Shown here in pieces: positions 13,048 to 26,549 of a stretch of 64,000 nt of DNA. The stretch is taken from contig OX597841.1 of the NCBI GenBank assembly GCA_951406725.2, positions 16,802,001 to 16,866,000 of the forward strand. The letters are read 5' to 3'. The first letter of the stretch is position 1. Every line of letters starts with the position of its first letter. The position numbers and the translations under genes are program-made. A model generated the notes under the pieces. It was not told the origin of the DNA. It saw nothing but the letters and a program-made list of their open reading frames with translations, and searched no databases. The stretch is from Octopus vulgaris (lineage: Eukaryota).

Positions 13048-13085
<38 letters not shown>

Positions 13086-13317
13086 TTGTGAGTGTGTGTA
13101 TGTATAAATATATATATATACACATACACACTTATATACAAACACATACACACACACACACACATATATATATATAGGTAGATAGATATGAATAGATTGA
13201 TAATATACATATGTATGTATGAATTTATATTTACATATATATATATATATGTATATGTGTATATAAGTATATCTATGTGTGTGTATGTATATGTGTGTGT
13301 GTAGATATAAATGTATT

Positions 13318-13351
<34 letters not shown>

Positions 13352-14082
13352 CATGCTCACACATATATATTTATATTGTGGAGGTGGTTAGTGTGTGTAC
13401 GTACGTGTATATATCTGCATTCCTGTTTGTATTCCGATGGCCTCAGCTGACCACAACGCAGCTGAGCCAATGGTCAGTTTGTGTGATTAACGGCAATTCC
13501 AATAAAAGAGAAGAAAGGATGTTTCGTCCTTGTGGTCCTAATTTCGGACGAGTGATGATTATTTGGACAATTTCCAGCTAATCTTGTCAGTTCAACTTCC
13601 GGTCACTCGTGTCGTGAGTGGTGGTGGTGGTGGGAGTCAGGGCAGGCGAGCAGACGTAGGCGTGGTGGTCAAGTTGTCAGTCACGTTGATTTCATTAACT
13701 GTTTGGACAAAGGGGGAGATTCATTAAGCCAGTTTTGAATGTGTGTCCGTGTGTGTCCGTGTGTGTATGCGTGCGTGTGTGTGTGTGTATGTGTGTGACT
13801 ATGTATGAGTTTTTGGATGTATGCATATATAAATATATAAGTATATTTATGTGTCTGTATGTTAATATATGATTCTATATTATACATACAATACATATAT
13901 ATACATATATATATATACGCACATATATGTTTATATAGAGAGAAATAGATATACGTATATGTTTACGTATGTATATATACGTACACATATCCGTATATAT
14001 CTCACTATATATATATATACATATATATACATATATATATATATATATACATACACATATATATATATATATATACATACAC

Positions 14083-14115
<33 letters not shown>

Positions 14116-14416
14116 CACATATATATATACATATACATACATATATACATATACATATATACATATGCATACATATTTATATACATACATATACATATGC
14201 ATACATATTTATATACATATATATATATATATTTATACATACGTATATATTCATACATATGTATATATGAATATTTTATGAATGTAGCTTGTTATGTATA
14301 GGTTGGTACATGTGAAAATGTCTTTGTGTCTGTGTAAGCGTGTGTACATGTAGAAAGATAACTCGCATATACCCATAAGCATATTGTCATATAATTTCAT
14401 ACACACACACACACAA

Positions 14417-14463
<47 letters not shown>

Positions 14464-14464
<1 letters not shown>

Positions 14465-14760
14465 TGGCACTCCGTCGGTCTCGACGACGAGGGCTCCAGT
14501 TGATCCGATCAACGGAACAGACACGTGTACCTTTAACGTAGTTTTTGGGGGAGATTCGGCGTGGCACAGAGTGTGGCAAGTTTGGCCCCTTTGAAATACA
14601 GGTACAACAGAAACAGGAAGAAAGTGCGAGAGAAAGTTATGGTGGAAGAGTACACCAGGGTTCACCACCATCCCCTGCCGGAGCCTCGTGGAGCTTTTAG
14701 GTGTTTTTGCTCAATAAACACTCGCAACGCCCGGTCTGGGAATCGAAACCGCAATCCTAC
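14464..14760 (-). mobile_element. SINE with family-C tail (variant head)
   Basis: RC head ggtttcgattccc (B-box-like); tail identical in type to 1-57. Confidence 0.6.
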
Positions 14761-15060
14761 GGTTCGTGGCTTAGTGCTTCGGGTATTCTGCTGGTGGTCA
14801 TAAGGTCGTGAGTTCAATTCCTGCGTTGTGTCCTTGAGCAAGACTCTTTATTTCTCATTGCTCCAGTTCACTCAGCTGGCAGAAATGAGCATTACGTGTA
14901 TTTCAAAAAAGGGCCGGCCTTGTCACTCTCTGTGTCACGCTGAATATCCCCTGAGAACTACGTTAAGGGTACACGGGTCTGTGGAGTACTCAGCCACTTG
15001 CACGTTAAGTTTACGAGCAGGCTGTTCTGTTGATCGGACCAGCTGGAACTCTCATCGACG
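14761..15060 (+). mobile_element. SINE family C (CORE-like)
   Basis: tggcttagtg (A box)...gagttcaattcc (B box)...gtgtccttgagcaagac...gctccagttcactcagctgg. Confidence 0.7.
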
Positions 15061-15683
15061 ATGTTGGTGTGTTTACATCCCCGTCGCATTAGCGGTTCAC
15101 CAAAAGAGAGCGATAGAAAAAGTACTAGGCTTACTAAGACAAAGTCCGAGAGTCGATTTGTCCGACTAAACGTGGTGCTCCAGCATGGCCACAGTCAAAT
15201 GACTGAAACAAATAATAGTAAAAGAACATATACATACACACACACACACACACATCTATATATATATATATACTACATATACAGGAGTGGCTATGTGGTA
15301 AGTAGCTTGCTAACCAACCACATGGTTCCGGGTTAAGTCCCACTGCGTGGCATCTTGGGCAACTGTCTGCTGCTATAGCCCCGGGCCGACCAATGCCTTG
15401 TGAGTGGATTCGGTAGACGGGAACTGAAAGAAGCCTGTCGTATATATGTATATATATGTGTGTATGTGTGTGTTTGTGTGTCTGTGTTTGTCCCCCTAGC
15501 ATTGCTTGACAAACCGATGCTGGTGTGTTTATGTCCCCGTCACTTAGCGGTTCGGCAAAAGAGACCGATAGAATAAGTACTGGGCTTACAAAGAATAAGT
15601 CCCGGGGTCGAGTTGCTCCACTAACGGCGGTGCTCCAGCATGGCCGCAGTCAAATGACTGAAACAAGTAAAAGAGTAAAGAGT
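15061..15683 (+). mobile_element. SINE family A: 3' half (15061-15225) plus full copy (15282-15683)
   Basis: sequence match to other family A copies. Confidence 0.85.
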
Positions 15684-16094
15684 ATATCTACAACATATGT
15701 GGAAAATCGGTGTGTGTTTGTTTGTGGCGTTGTTAGCTAACTCCTCCTACATCCTTTTATTGAATTTGATGAAACTTGACACGTGAGTAGAACTCGTGTC
15801 TGGAAAACTCGTGGCATACTTAGATTGTTGAAAAAGTCGATAATACGGACCCTGGAAGGGGACCTTTTCATTTACCTCATATAACAATTTTTTTAAACGC
15901 CTAAGGGAAATAACTCATACCACTACACTAGTTTTTAAACACTCAAGGGAAATAGCCCATTTCATTGTTTATGTTTGATAATTTTGAAATAACTAACTCA
16001 CGAACCTCCAAAAACCTCTAGACAGCTTCCATCGACCTCTCTTGCCATCCTCCGATAACCTCTCTCACCAAACTCCGACAACCTCTCTCACCAA

Positions 16095-16295
16095 CGAAAT
16101 GCTTAGCGGTATTTCGTCTGCTGTTACGTTCTGAGTTCAAATTCCGCTGAGGTCGTCTTTGCCTTTCATCTTTTCGTGGTCGATAAATCAAGTACCAGTT
16201 ACGCACTGGAGTCGGTGTAATCGATTTAATCCCTTTGACTCTCCGTGTTTGTCCCCTCTGTGTGTAGCCCCTTGTGGACAATAAAGAAATAAGAA
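16095..16295 (+). mobile_element. SINE family B (Meta/MESC-like core, OR1-like), 5'-truncated
   Basis: gagttcaaattccgc.gaggtcg.ctttgcctttcatc.tttcg.ggtcgataaat.aagtaccag. Confidence 0.8.
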
Positions 16296-16389
16296 ACCTG
16301 AAGGAGCAAAGTCGACGGAATATGTCGTGGGACGGGTGAGTCAAAATGCCCCAGACAAACCTCAATAACTACGTCTGCAAACAGGTGTG

Positions 16390-16590
16390 TGTGTGTCTTT
16401 TTTGCTTGTACCCCTAATCACCGATTGACAACCGGTGTTGCGGTGTTTACATCTCCGCAACTTATCGGTTCGGCAAAATAACTATTAAAATAAGTTACCG
16501 GCATAAGTCGGTTGATTCGACTAAAAATTCTTCAAGGTTGTGCCACAGCATGGCCGCAGTCTAATGACTAAGTCGAGTAAAAGAGAAGAT
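16390..16590 (+). mobile_element. SINE family A, diverged 3' half
   Basis: ttgacaaccggtgttg...ggttcggcaaaa...cagcatggccgcagtctaatgact. Confidence 0.7.
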
Positions 16591-16645
16591 ATAAAGATAG
16601 ATTATACACACACACACACACACACTCACAAATATGTATGTACAT

Positions 16646-17020
16646 ATATATATAATACGTTCTGTGTGTGTGTGTGTGTGTCTTCTAGGATCTTGGGCAT
16701 CCTTCATCCGATTGCACTCAAAGTTGATATGTAGATACCAACGGTATCAGGGCGTGTATAAGTCTTGAAGAAATTACAAAAATCGATTCGAGATGAGAAT
16801 GCGATCGATAAAGCCGTGGGAAATCGTTTTTCTTTGAAAGAGAAAAAAGTCCATCCTTATTTCTTCTCTTGCTGGTGTCTCAAATTTAGGATAAATCAAT
16901 GTTTCTCAAAGAATGGGGGGGGGGACTATGGGACGGTCGGATAAGTTGTTTTGAGAAAATTTGGTTTAAAAGTTTGACAACTCAGCACCGTCCATTGGAC
17001 GGGGAGGGTCGTTTTGCTCG
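16646..17020 (+). mobile_element. non-autonomous Helitron-like element
   Basis: homologous to 47520-48046; 3' hairpin CCGTCCA-T-TGGACGG followed by CTCG|T (CTRR variant). Confidence 0.65.
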
Positions 17021-17567
17021 TATATATATATATATATATCTACATACACACACAAACACACAGTAAACATCTAAACAATGGAACGGCTGGAATCTGGGTC
17101 GGGGCCGCCGCAAGGAGGCCGCATTTATCACACCCATTCACCGTACACTAAAAGGTTCATCGATTTAACTCGCCGATAAGAACAGCAGACGATAACAGTA
17201 ATGAAGAGAGACGTGACTTGATTCGACGTTAGTCTTGTAATGGCGGCGGCTGTTAATGGCGTTAACATTTGACCAAAAGAATTACAAGAGGGACTAACTA
17301 CGGTCTCGTTAGTCTCATTAAAAAGAGACCAATGAATTTCATTACAAAAGAATCAGCCAAATGACACAAGAGGGGGATTAAACGAGTGTCACGTGATTTC
17401 CATTAGCAGCCGACATTTCTGTCGTCCATCTTTTGTTGCTTTAATGTCCTTCCTAAACTGGTCTCGCCTCGTTTTGTTTATAATTGCCTCGCTTTCATAA
17501 TTACTTCGCCTTTTTATTGTTATGGGCTTCCGTATTCCTGTAATAACAAGTGTCTAGCCTTTTCGCT

Positions 17568-17771
17568 GTGTGTGTGTGTGTGTGTATTTGTTCGTGTGGG
17601 CCTGTTTTTATCCATTTGTGCGTTTGTTCGAGTGTGTATGTGTTTGTGTGCGTGTATACATTTGTCTGTGCCTGTGTATATGTGCTTGTGTATGTGGTCT
17701 GTATGTGTGTTTGTGTGCTGGTTTCTATTTGTGAGTGAGACGAACAGTGTGTCTGTATGTGTGTGTGTGTG

Positions 17772-17802
<31 letters not shown>

Positions 17803-18474
17803 ATATATATGTGTGTTTGTGTGTGTGTGTGTATATATATATGTGTGTTTGTGTGTATATATGTGTATATATGTGTGTGTGTGTGTGTATATATATATAT
17901 GTGTGTGTTTGTGTGTATATATGTGTGTATATATATGTGTGTATATATATGTGTGTTTGTGTGTATATATGTGTGTGTATATATATGTGTGTGTGTATGT
18001 GTATGTGTGTATATGTATGTGTGTACATGTGTGTATATGTGTGTGTGTATGTGTGTGTGTATATATGTGTGTGTATGTATATATATATATATGTGTATAT
18101 ATGTGTGTGTATATATATGTGTATATATATATATATATATATACACACAACACATTTTTTGCGCGTATGTGTATATGTTTGAGTGTGCGTGCGTCTAAGG
18201 TAAGACGTGTGACTTTGTGGTATGTGTGTGTGTGTGTGTGTGTGTTTGTGCGAGCGCGCGCGTGGATTTCTACGAAATAGTGTGTATGTGTGTGAACAAG
18301 TATGTATGAATATGTGTGTCTGTATATATATATGTGTGTGTGTGTGGTGTGTGTGTGTGTCTGTTTTGTTGGTTGTGTGAACGTGTATTTGTTTCAGTCG
18401 GTACGTTTACATTCTGTGTATCGATCTCTGAGCATATATAGCTGCCTGCTGTTCCTTCTCAGTTCGTGTGTGTG

Positions 18475-18512
<38 letters not shown>

Positions 18513-18624
18513 ATGCGTGCGTGTTTGTGTGTTTGTGCATGTGTATGTCTGCGCGGGTTTATGTGTCTGTATGAATGTATATATGGGTAGATGGGTGAAT
18601 GAATAGATGGAAAGACAGAAGGAT

Positions 18625-18675
<51 letters not shown>
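17568..18675. repeat. (TG)n/(TA)n microsatellite field
   Basis: direct reading. Confidence 0.9.
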
Positions 18676-18676
<1 letters not shown>

Positions 18677-18677
<1 letters not shown>

Positions 18678-19226
18678 CTCTTTTACTTGTTTCAGTCATT
18701 TGACTGCGGCCATGCTGGAGCACCGCCTTTTAGTCGAGCAAATCGATCCCGGGATATTATTCTTTGTAAGCCCAGTACTTATTCTATCGGTCACTTTTGC
18801 CGAACCGCTATGTGCCGGGGACGTAAACACACAAGCATCGGTTGTCAAGCAATGCTAGGGGGACAGACACACAAACACACACATACATGTATATATATAC
18901 ATATATACGACAGGCTTCTTTCAGTTTCCGTCTACCAAATCCACTCACAAAGCATTGGTCGGCCCGGGGCTATAGTAGAAGACACTTGCCCAAGATGCCA
19001 CGCTGTAGGACTGAACCCGGAACCATGTGGTTGGTTAGCAAGCTACTTACCACACAGTCACTCCTGCGCCTATATATATATACGACGGGCTTCTTTCAGT
19101 TTTCGTCTACTAAATCCACTCACAAGGCATTGGTCGTCCCGGGGCTATAGCAGAAGACACTTGCCCAAAATGCCACGCAGTTGGGACTGAACCCGGAACC
19201 ATGTGGTTGGTTAGCAAGCTACTTCC
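18677..19226 (-). mobile_element. SINE family A full copy (18677-19070) plus an extra head (19082-19226)
   Basis: sequence match. Confidence 0.88.
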
Positions 19227-19270
19227 ACTCCACAGAGTTGGGACTGCCACTGGTTGCTACACAGAGCCAC

Positions 19271-19295
<25 letters not shown>

Positions 19296-19301
<6 letters not shown>

Positions 19302-19426
19302 TATATAGAAGGAGCTTCTACAGGACTAGTACTGTTTCATTCAAGAGAAATCTTCAGGAAGCGCTTCCTGAAGATTTCTCTTGAATGAAACAGTACTAGT
19401 CTGTAAACTCCTTCTATATAATAAAT
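19296..19426. repeat. near-perfect ~130-bp palindrome with a hammerhead-like core in each arm
   Basis: centre GAAGCGCTTC; arms read CTGAAGA TTTCTCTTGAAT GAAAC AGTACT AGTC. Confidence 0.8.
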
Positions 19427-19495
19427 TAATTTTACTCTGCTATGTATTGAGTACCTTACTTACTGTGGTTAACCCCGAATCAACCCGGGACCTAC

Positions 19496-19531
<36 letters not shown>

Positions 19532-19564
19532 ATGTATGTGTGTGTGTATTCCGGCATGCAATGA

Positions 19565-20060
19565 GAGACCACCAGCATTATCCATAACATGCAGCTCCTT
19601 GAGTTCATGCAAACATTTTGGAGGTATTTCTTTGCTTGAAGGCTGGAACATTGGTGGAACCATTTCAATGTTAGACTTGGTAATCCAGGCTTTGGGGGTT
19701 TTGCATCCAGTGGACAGGCAGCAGGTTTTTATTCTTATTTTTTATTCTTATTTGTAAATAAGTCCTGGTTTCATCATAAAGCCAACAGCTTTGCCACACG
19801 TAATTAGCATCACTCTGTCCTTCTGTGCCTTAAATCCTGGGGCTCTAGCTTCGTCCTTCATGATCTATGTACGTTCTGAAAGGCCTCTTCTTCCAGAATA
19901 AACCAGTATCGTCCATATTGAAAACCAGTTCCGGCTTGTATCCCTTGTCCTCGATGATCTGCCTGAAGGTCTCAAAGTACTTCTCGGCGGCTATTTTGTC
20001 GGCCGATGCTGTTTCTCCATGCAGGGAAACACACTTTATTTTAAACCGTTTCTGGAAAAG
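19565..20060 (-). pseudogene. pogo/Tigger DDE transposase fragment
   Basis: RC: RFKIKCVSLHGETASADKIAAEKYFETFRQIIEDKGYKPELVFNMDDTGLFWKKRPFRTY...APGFKAQKDRV...PKAWIT...MDNAGG, with frameshifts. Confidence 0.88.
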
Positions 20061-20139
20061 GTAAAACCATCATTTGTGTGTGTGTATGGATGTATGTGTG
20101 GATGTGTGTATATGTGTGTGTGTGTATGCAATGATAGAT

Positions 20140-20326
20140 CGTTAGCTCCTACACGCATTTTTTTTCTCCTTGTTTCTCTCCTTGTTTTTTCTGTGTATCT
20201 TTCTGTCGAAGAGCGTAGGCTCGAAACATAAAATACTTTTTCTATTCCTGAGCGCTATACTAATACATTTGTTTGTTTGTACTCCACCTGCCTTCGACTT
20301 TTGTTTATTTTCGTAAAGTTTCCCTT

Positions 20327-20370
<44 letters not shown>

Positions 20371-20527
20371 CACACACACACATTTCTTTTTCTCTGTATC
20401 TTTCTGTCGAAGAGCGTAGGCTCGAAACGTAAAAAACTTTTTCTATCCCTGAGCGCTATACTAATACATTTGTTTGTTTGTACTCCACCTGCCTTCGTCT
20501 TTCGTTTATTTTCGTAAACTTTCTCTT

Positions 20528-20530
<3 letters not shown>
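20140..20530 (+). mobile_element. tandem pair of short elements each with a variant minimal hammerhead (CUGUCGA)
   Basis: cttt CTGTCGA a GAGC gtag GCTC GAAAC (G/A)TA aaa at 20203 and 20404, 201 nt apart. Confidence 0.65.
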
Positions 20531-20577
<47 letters not shown>

Positions 20578-20782
20578 ATAGAAATATTAAAATAACTAAG
20601 TCTCTCTAAAAGAGAACAGCGGCAGCGTTCCCGGAAAATAATAGTTATCCCTTGTTCGAAGGTTATATGGATACAGTTTGTGTATCAAATAGCTAACTTA
20701 AGGCGATGGCCTCATGGAGCTAATAAGCGGACAGCTTTTTTCTTATTTTTATAAGAATGCCATATTAGTATGGCGATAACTA

Positions 20783-20828
<46 letters not shown>

Positions 20829-20899
20829 ATACACAAACACACACACACACATAGGAATAATTCATCTTTTTATAAGAAACTGTTTATAAGAACAGTTTC

Positions 20900-21198
20900 T
20901 TTTTATATTTAACAGGCTCTTAAATGGTTACGCTTGTTTTGAATGCACATTGCAGTACGTTTAGCCCACTCGTTGTGACCTCCCAATAGCACATCTGGGG
21001 ATACGTGTGCAAAGGAGTTGGTGATGCGTTTTTTCAAATGATTTAGGTCTTATCTTTTCACGATACATCATGCCTTTCAAATGGCTCCAAAGATAGAAAT
21101 CAGGAGGGGGGGCAGATCAGGGGATCTAGGGGATCTTATAAACTGTTTCTTATAAAAAATAAATTTTTCCTTTGTACGGAGACTTTTGAATCACCCTG
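20900..21198 (-). pseudogene. mariner-type transposase C-terminal fragment with a TIR
   Basis: [26 protein letters not shown] (WPPRSPDLxPxDF motif); TIR CAGGGTGATTCAAAAGTCTCCGTAC at 21174-21198. Confidence 0.75.
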
Positions 21199-21199
21199 C

Positions 21200-21220
21200 A
21201 TATGTATATATATGTATGTG

Positions 21221-21256
<36 letters not shown>

Positions 21257-22180
21257 CACACATATATATATATGTCTATATGTATATATATATATATGTC
21301 TATATGTGTATATGTATATATATATGTATATGTATATATATGTGTATATGTATATATATATGTATATGTATATATATGTGTATATGTATATATATGTGTA
21401 TATGTATATATATGTGTATATGTATATGTATATATGTATGTATATATGTATATGTATATATATGTGTATATGTATATATATGTGTATATGTATATATATG
21501 TGTATATGTATATATATGTGTATATGTATATATATGTGTATATGTATATATATGTGTGTATATGTATATATATGTGTATATATGTATATGTGTATATGTG
21601 TATATGTATATGTATATGTGTATATGTATATGTGTATATGTATATGTATATGTGTATATGTATATATATATGTGTATATGTATATATATATATATGTGTA
21701 TATGTATATATATATATATGCTTATATGTGTATGTGTGTGTATATGTATATATATATATATATGCTTATATGTATATGTGTATATGTATATATATGTCTA
21801 TATCCGTATATGTATATATATATATGTCTATATGTATATATATGTCTATATGTATATATATATATGTCTATATGTATATATATATATATGTCTATATGTA
21901 TATATATATATATGTCTATATGTGTATGTATATGTCTATATATGTATGGATATGTATACATGTATATATATATGTATGTATATTTATATATGTATGTATA
22001 TGTATGCATGTATATGTATATATATATATGTATGTATATTTATATATGTATGTATATGTATGCATGTATATGTATATATATATATGTGTAAGCATATATA
22101 TGTGTATATATGTGAGTGTGTGTAAAAATATACATATATGTATGTATATATATGTATGTGTATATATATGTGTGTGTGTA

Positions 22181-22216
<36 letters not shown>

Positions 22217-23386
22217 TATATCAACTCCTGCATGCATTCCTATACTACAGCTGACAACATACAGCCAAACAGCATTGTTACATGTTCATCTACATGTTGA
22301 CACCACATTCTTATTTACAAGCTGTCATCGGACACCATCGGAAATCTTATCAACAGCCGCGCAATAAACAAGATTATTCTCGTCTCTGCGCATAAAAATC
22401 TATTCAATGCATGCATTTACACTCGTGTGTGTATGTGTGGGTGTTTTGTGTTGTTATTCTTGCTGTGGTTGTTGTTGTTGCTTTTGAGGGGAGAGGGAGA
22501 CGGGGAGTGCAGAGGAACGGATGAGTTCGAACGAAATCGTGGCGGAGTAAAATGATGACGCCTTCAGAAACTAATCTGTTCCGACTGCGTTTCACTCCTA
22601 CGCTTGACGAAACCTCGCAGGACGGAAACAAATATATATATCTGTCGTTAATGATTAAGGCTTTCAAACATTACACTTTACTGTGCTGCCTCTACGGCCG
22701 TATGTATGTATGTATATATATATATATATATATATGATATATATATATATGTATGTATGTATGTATGTACTTATCATTATAGATACATGTACATCTATAT
22801 ATATATCTTATATATTTCCATATATATATATATATATGTATATCTCCATATATATATAAATTTCCATATATATATATATATATGTGTGTTTATATATTTA
22901 TAGAAATACATATATATATGTGTATATATATATGTGTATATATATACAAACATATATATATATACATATATATATGTAGGTATGTATGTATAGCTCCATA
23001 TATATATATGTATGTATGTGTGTGTGTGTATATATATGTATATATGTGTATATATGTATGTGTGTGTGTGTATATATGTGTATATATGTGTATATATGTA
23101 TGTATATATGTATGTATATATGTATGTATATATATATGTATGTATATGTATAGTATATATATATATGTATGTATATGTATAATATATATATGTATATATA
23201 TGTATGTATATGTATAATATATGTATACATGTATGTATATACATCATACATACATATACATACATACATACACATGTATGTCCGTAGGTATGTATACATA
23301 TACGTATGTATACATATATGTATATATATATATATATAAGTATATATATATAATATAACGTGTATGTATATACATTTATATGTACG

Positions 23387-23423
<37 letters not shown>

Positions 23424-23937
23424 GCGTGTATATACGCCTACATACACGCTAGTCATTGGGGTGGAGATACGGAAAAGAGACGGCGAGAAAAACGAATATA
23501 AAAACAAAGCGAGGTGGAGAGAAAGAAAGATGGAGAAACGAGGGAAGGAGGCGATCACACAATCTACACACCATTTCTACACACACAAGACTGACTTTAT
23601 ACACACCGACGTTGTTTACACCCGAAACTATACATGCTAAAGTAGAGAAATGCCAATAACAAACAAACAACACATGTTTGTATAACAGTGAACGACTCAC
23701 CTAGATTTATGTGTGTATATACACTGAAGGAGTGTGTGGGGAATGAGTGTGTATATGTGTGTGAGTTCAGGTATTCATGTATGTATGTATTAGTGTGTAT
23801 ATACACAAATATATATATATATGCATATTAAGAGTGTGTGTTTGTGTAAGATATTTCCGTTATATTATATACATATATATTATATACATACATAAAAGAA
23901 AAGATAATACATATATATATATGTGTGTATATATATA

Positions 23938-23986
<49 letters not shown>

Positions 23987-24109
23987 TATGTATGTATAGG
24001 TTTATTTTTATGTATATGTATTATACATGGGTGTATAGGCAAGTATGGAAATGTTTATATATATATATATATAGATATATATATATATATTTCTATATCT
24101 ATACACTCT

Positions 24110-24149
<40 letters not shown>

Positions 24150-24373
24150 CGCATATTTGCATGGTGATATGTACGTATGCATGCATATTTGTATTGTTAT
24201 ACATATTTATCTATATATACATGCATGTATATGTGTATATATGTATGTATATATGGATGTATATATATATGTATGTGTATATATATATATGTATGTATAT
24301 ACACACACATATATACATACATACATATGCATATATATACGTGTACGTATACATATATATGTATATATACATA

Positions 24374-24405
<32 letters not shown>

Positions 24406-24794
24406 CAGCGAGAGAGAGAGAATGAGAGAGGGAATCAGGGAACGGGACAAGAATAGCGCGATATATATTTACACACACACACACAGGTGTATAATAAAGC
24501 TTCCCGATATATTATATATATATATATATATACCTGTGTGCGTATGCCTGTCTCTGTAAGTATGTGTTTGTGTGTTTGCGTTAAGAAGCAAAGTCGTATG
24601 TGTAGACATATCTGCTCATATCGACTTGATGAAGAAATGGCTACCCCAAAGAATATACATTCTCACACATACATACATACATACACACGTACATGCATAT
24701 TTACATACATTTCTAAATGTATAGGTATAATCGTACATCCTTTCTTACATACAAACATAACATGCGTACATGTAGCATATATACATATAGTTAC

Positions 24795-24837
<43 letters not shown>

Positions 24838-25396
24838 CACAAACATATATAAGAGTACATAAGTACATTTAGCTACTTACATACATCTGAGCTTACATAG
24901 ATACGTACGTACACACATACATGCATACCTACAAACACATACATGCACAGACGTACATACAAACACACATACACACTTACATGCATGCGCACGCACATGC
25001 ATACATACACACACATATACAGACACACATACATACATACATACAGATATACATGCATACACACACATGCTTATACACACGCATGCATATACACACGCAT
25101 GCATATGCACAAATGCATGCATACACATGCATATACTCATACAAGCATCCATCCATACATATATATATACATACATAGTACATAAATACACACATATATA
25201 TGTATATATATACTTTCACAAACAGAAATAGAGACTTTGCAATAACCACAATCTGGAGGAGCCTACACATACGCATACACGGCCCTTTTTTTCAACTGGC
25301 TCTTGCGAACATATTACATAACCCTGTGCCTGTGTGTGTATGCATATCTATATATATGTATTTATAAACATACATATATATATATATATACATAAG

Positions 25397-25444
<48 letters not shown>

Positions 25445-26290
25445 CATACACATAGGTATATATATATATACATAAGTATATATATATATATAAGCATATA
25501 CATGTGTATATATAAAAGCATATACATGTGTATATATAAAAGCATATACATGTGTATATATAAAAGCATATACATGTGTATATATATATATAGACATGCA
25601 TATACATGTATATATATATATATAGACATGCATATACATGTCTATATATATATACATGCATATACATGTATATATATATACATACATATGCATGTATATA
25701 TATATACATGTATGTGCCTGTATATATATATATATACATGTACGTGCATGTATATACATACATGTATGTGCATGTATATATATATATACATGCATATGCA
25801 TGTATATATATACATGTATATATATATATATACATGCATATGCATGTATATATATATATATATGTATATGCATGTCTATTTATATATATAGAGTGAGAGA
25901 CATATACAAGAATATATATATATGTATTTATATATACATGTGTGTGCGTGTATCTATGTATGTATACTCTTATACGGCTTCGCGTCCGTTTATATACTCT
26001 TTTATGTATCAAGAGACGTTAAAAGAAGTACGAGATGGGGGGGGGGACGAAACAAAAAAAAAACAATAGCGCATTACCACCACCACCACCAGCAAACATA
26101 CATATATATATATACACATACATATATATACATATACATATATATACACATATACATATATATAGATATACATACATATACATATATGTATATATGTATA
26201 TATGTATGTATATGTATGGGCATGTATGTGTGTGTACATGTATGTGCTTAGAAGCATCGGTGTGCGTTGTGTATGTATGTGTAGGCACGT
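21200..26290. repeat. long TA/TG/TACA microsatellite field with short unique spacers
   Basis: direct reading. Confidence 0.9.
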
Positions 26291-26549
26291 AAGCATGGTT
26301 AGATAGATATAGATAGAGAGAGCGAGGGCGAAAGTGTAAGCATTAGTACTATACGTATGTACAAAGGGAAATGTTCCGTAGTAAAACTAACAGCAATGCA
26401 TACGTTGGTATAAAATAGCTCACCACCGTCCCGTCCACATCCGCCGCCAGAACGCATACACACACCCTGGCAACCATGCGCCTCCACCGCCTCCAAAGTT
26501 TCACGAATGCCACCAACACCATCATAACCATTACAAAACGGGAACTGTA

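Noticed and set aside
15686-15960. Possible Helitron-like 5' end (TCTA...gtttgtttg...aactcctcc...gaaacttgac)
   Set aside because: No identifiable 3' hairpin/CTRR and no second copy in the window
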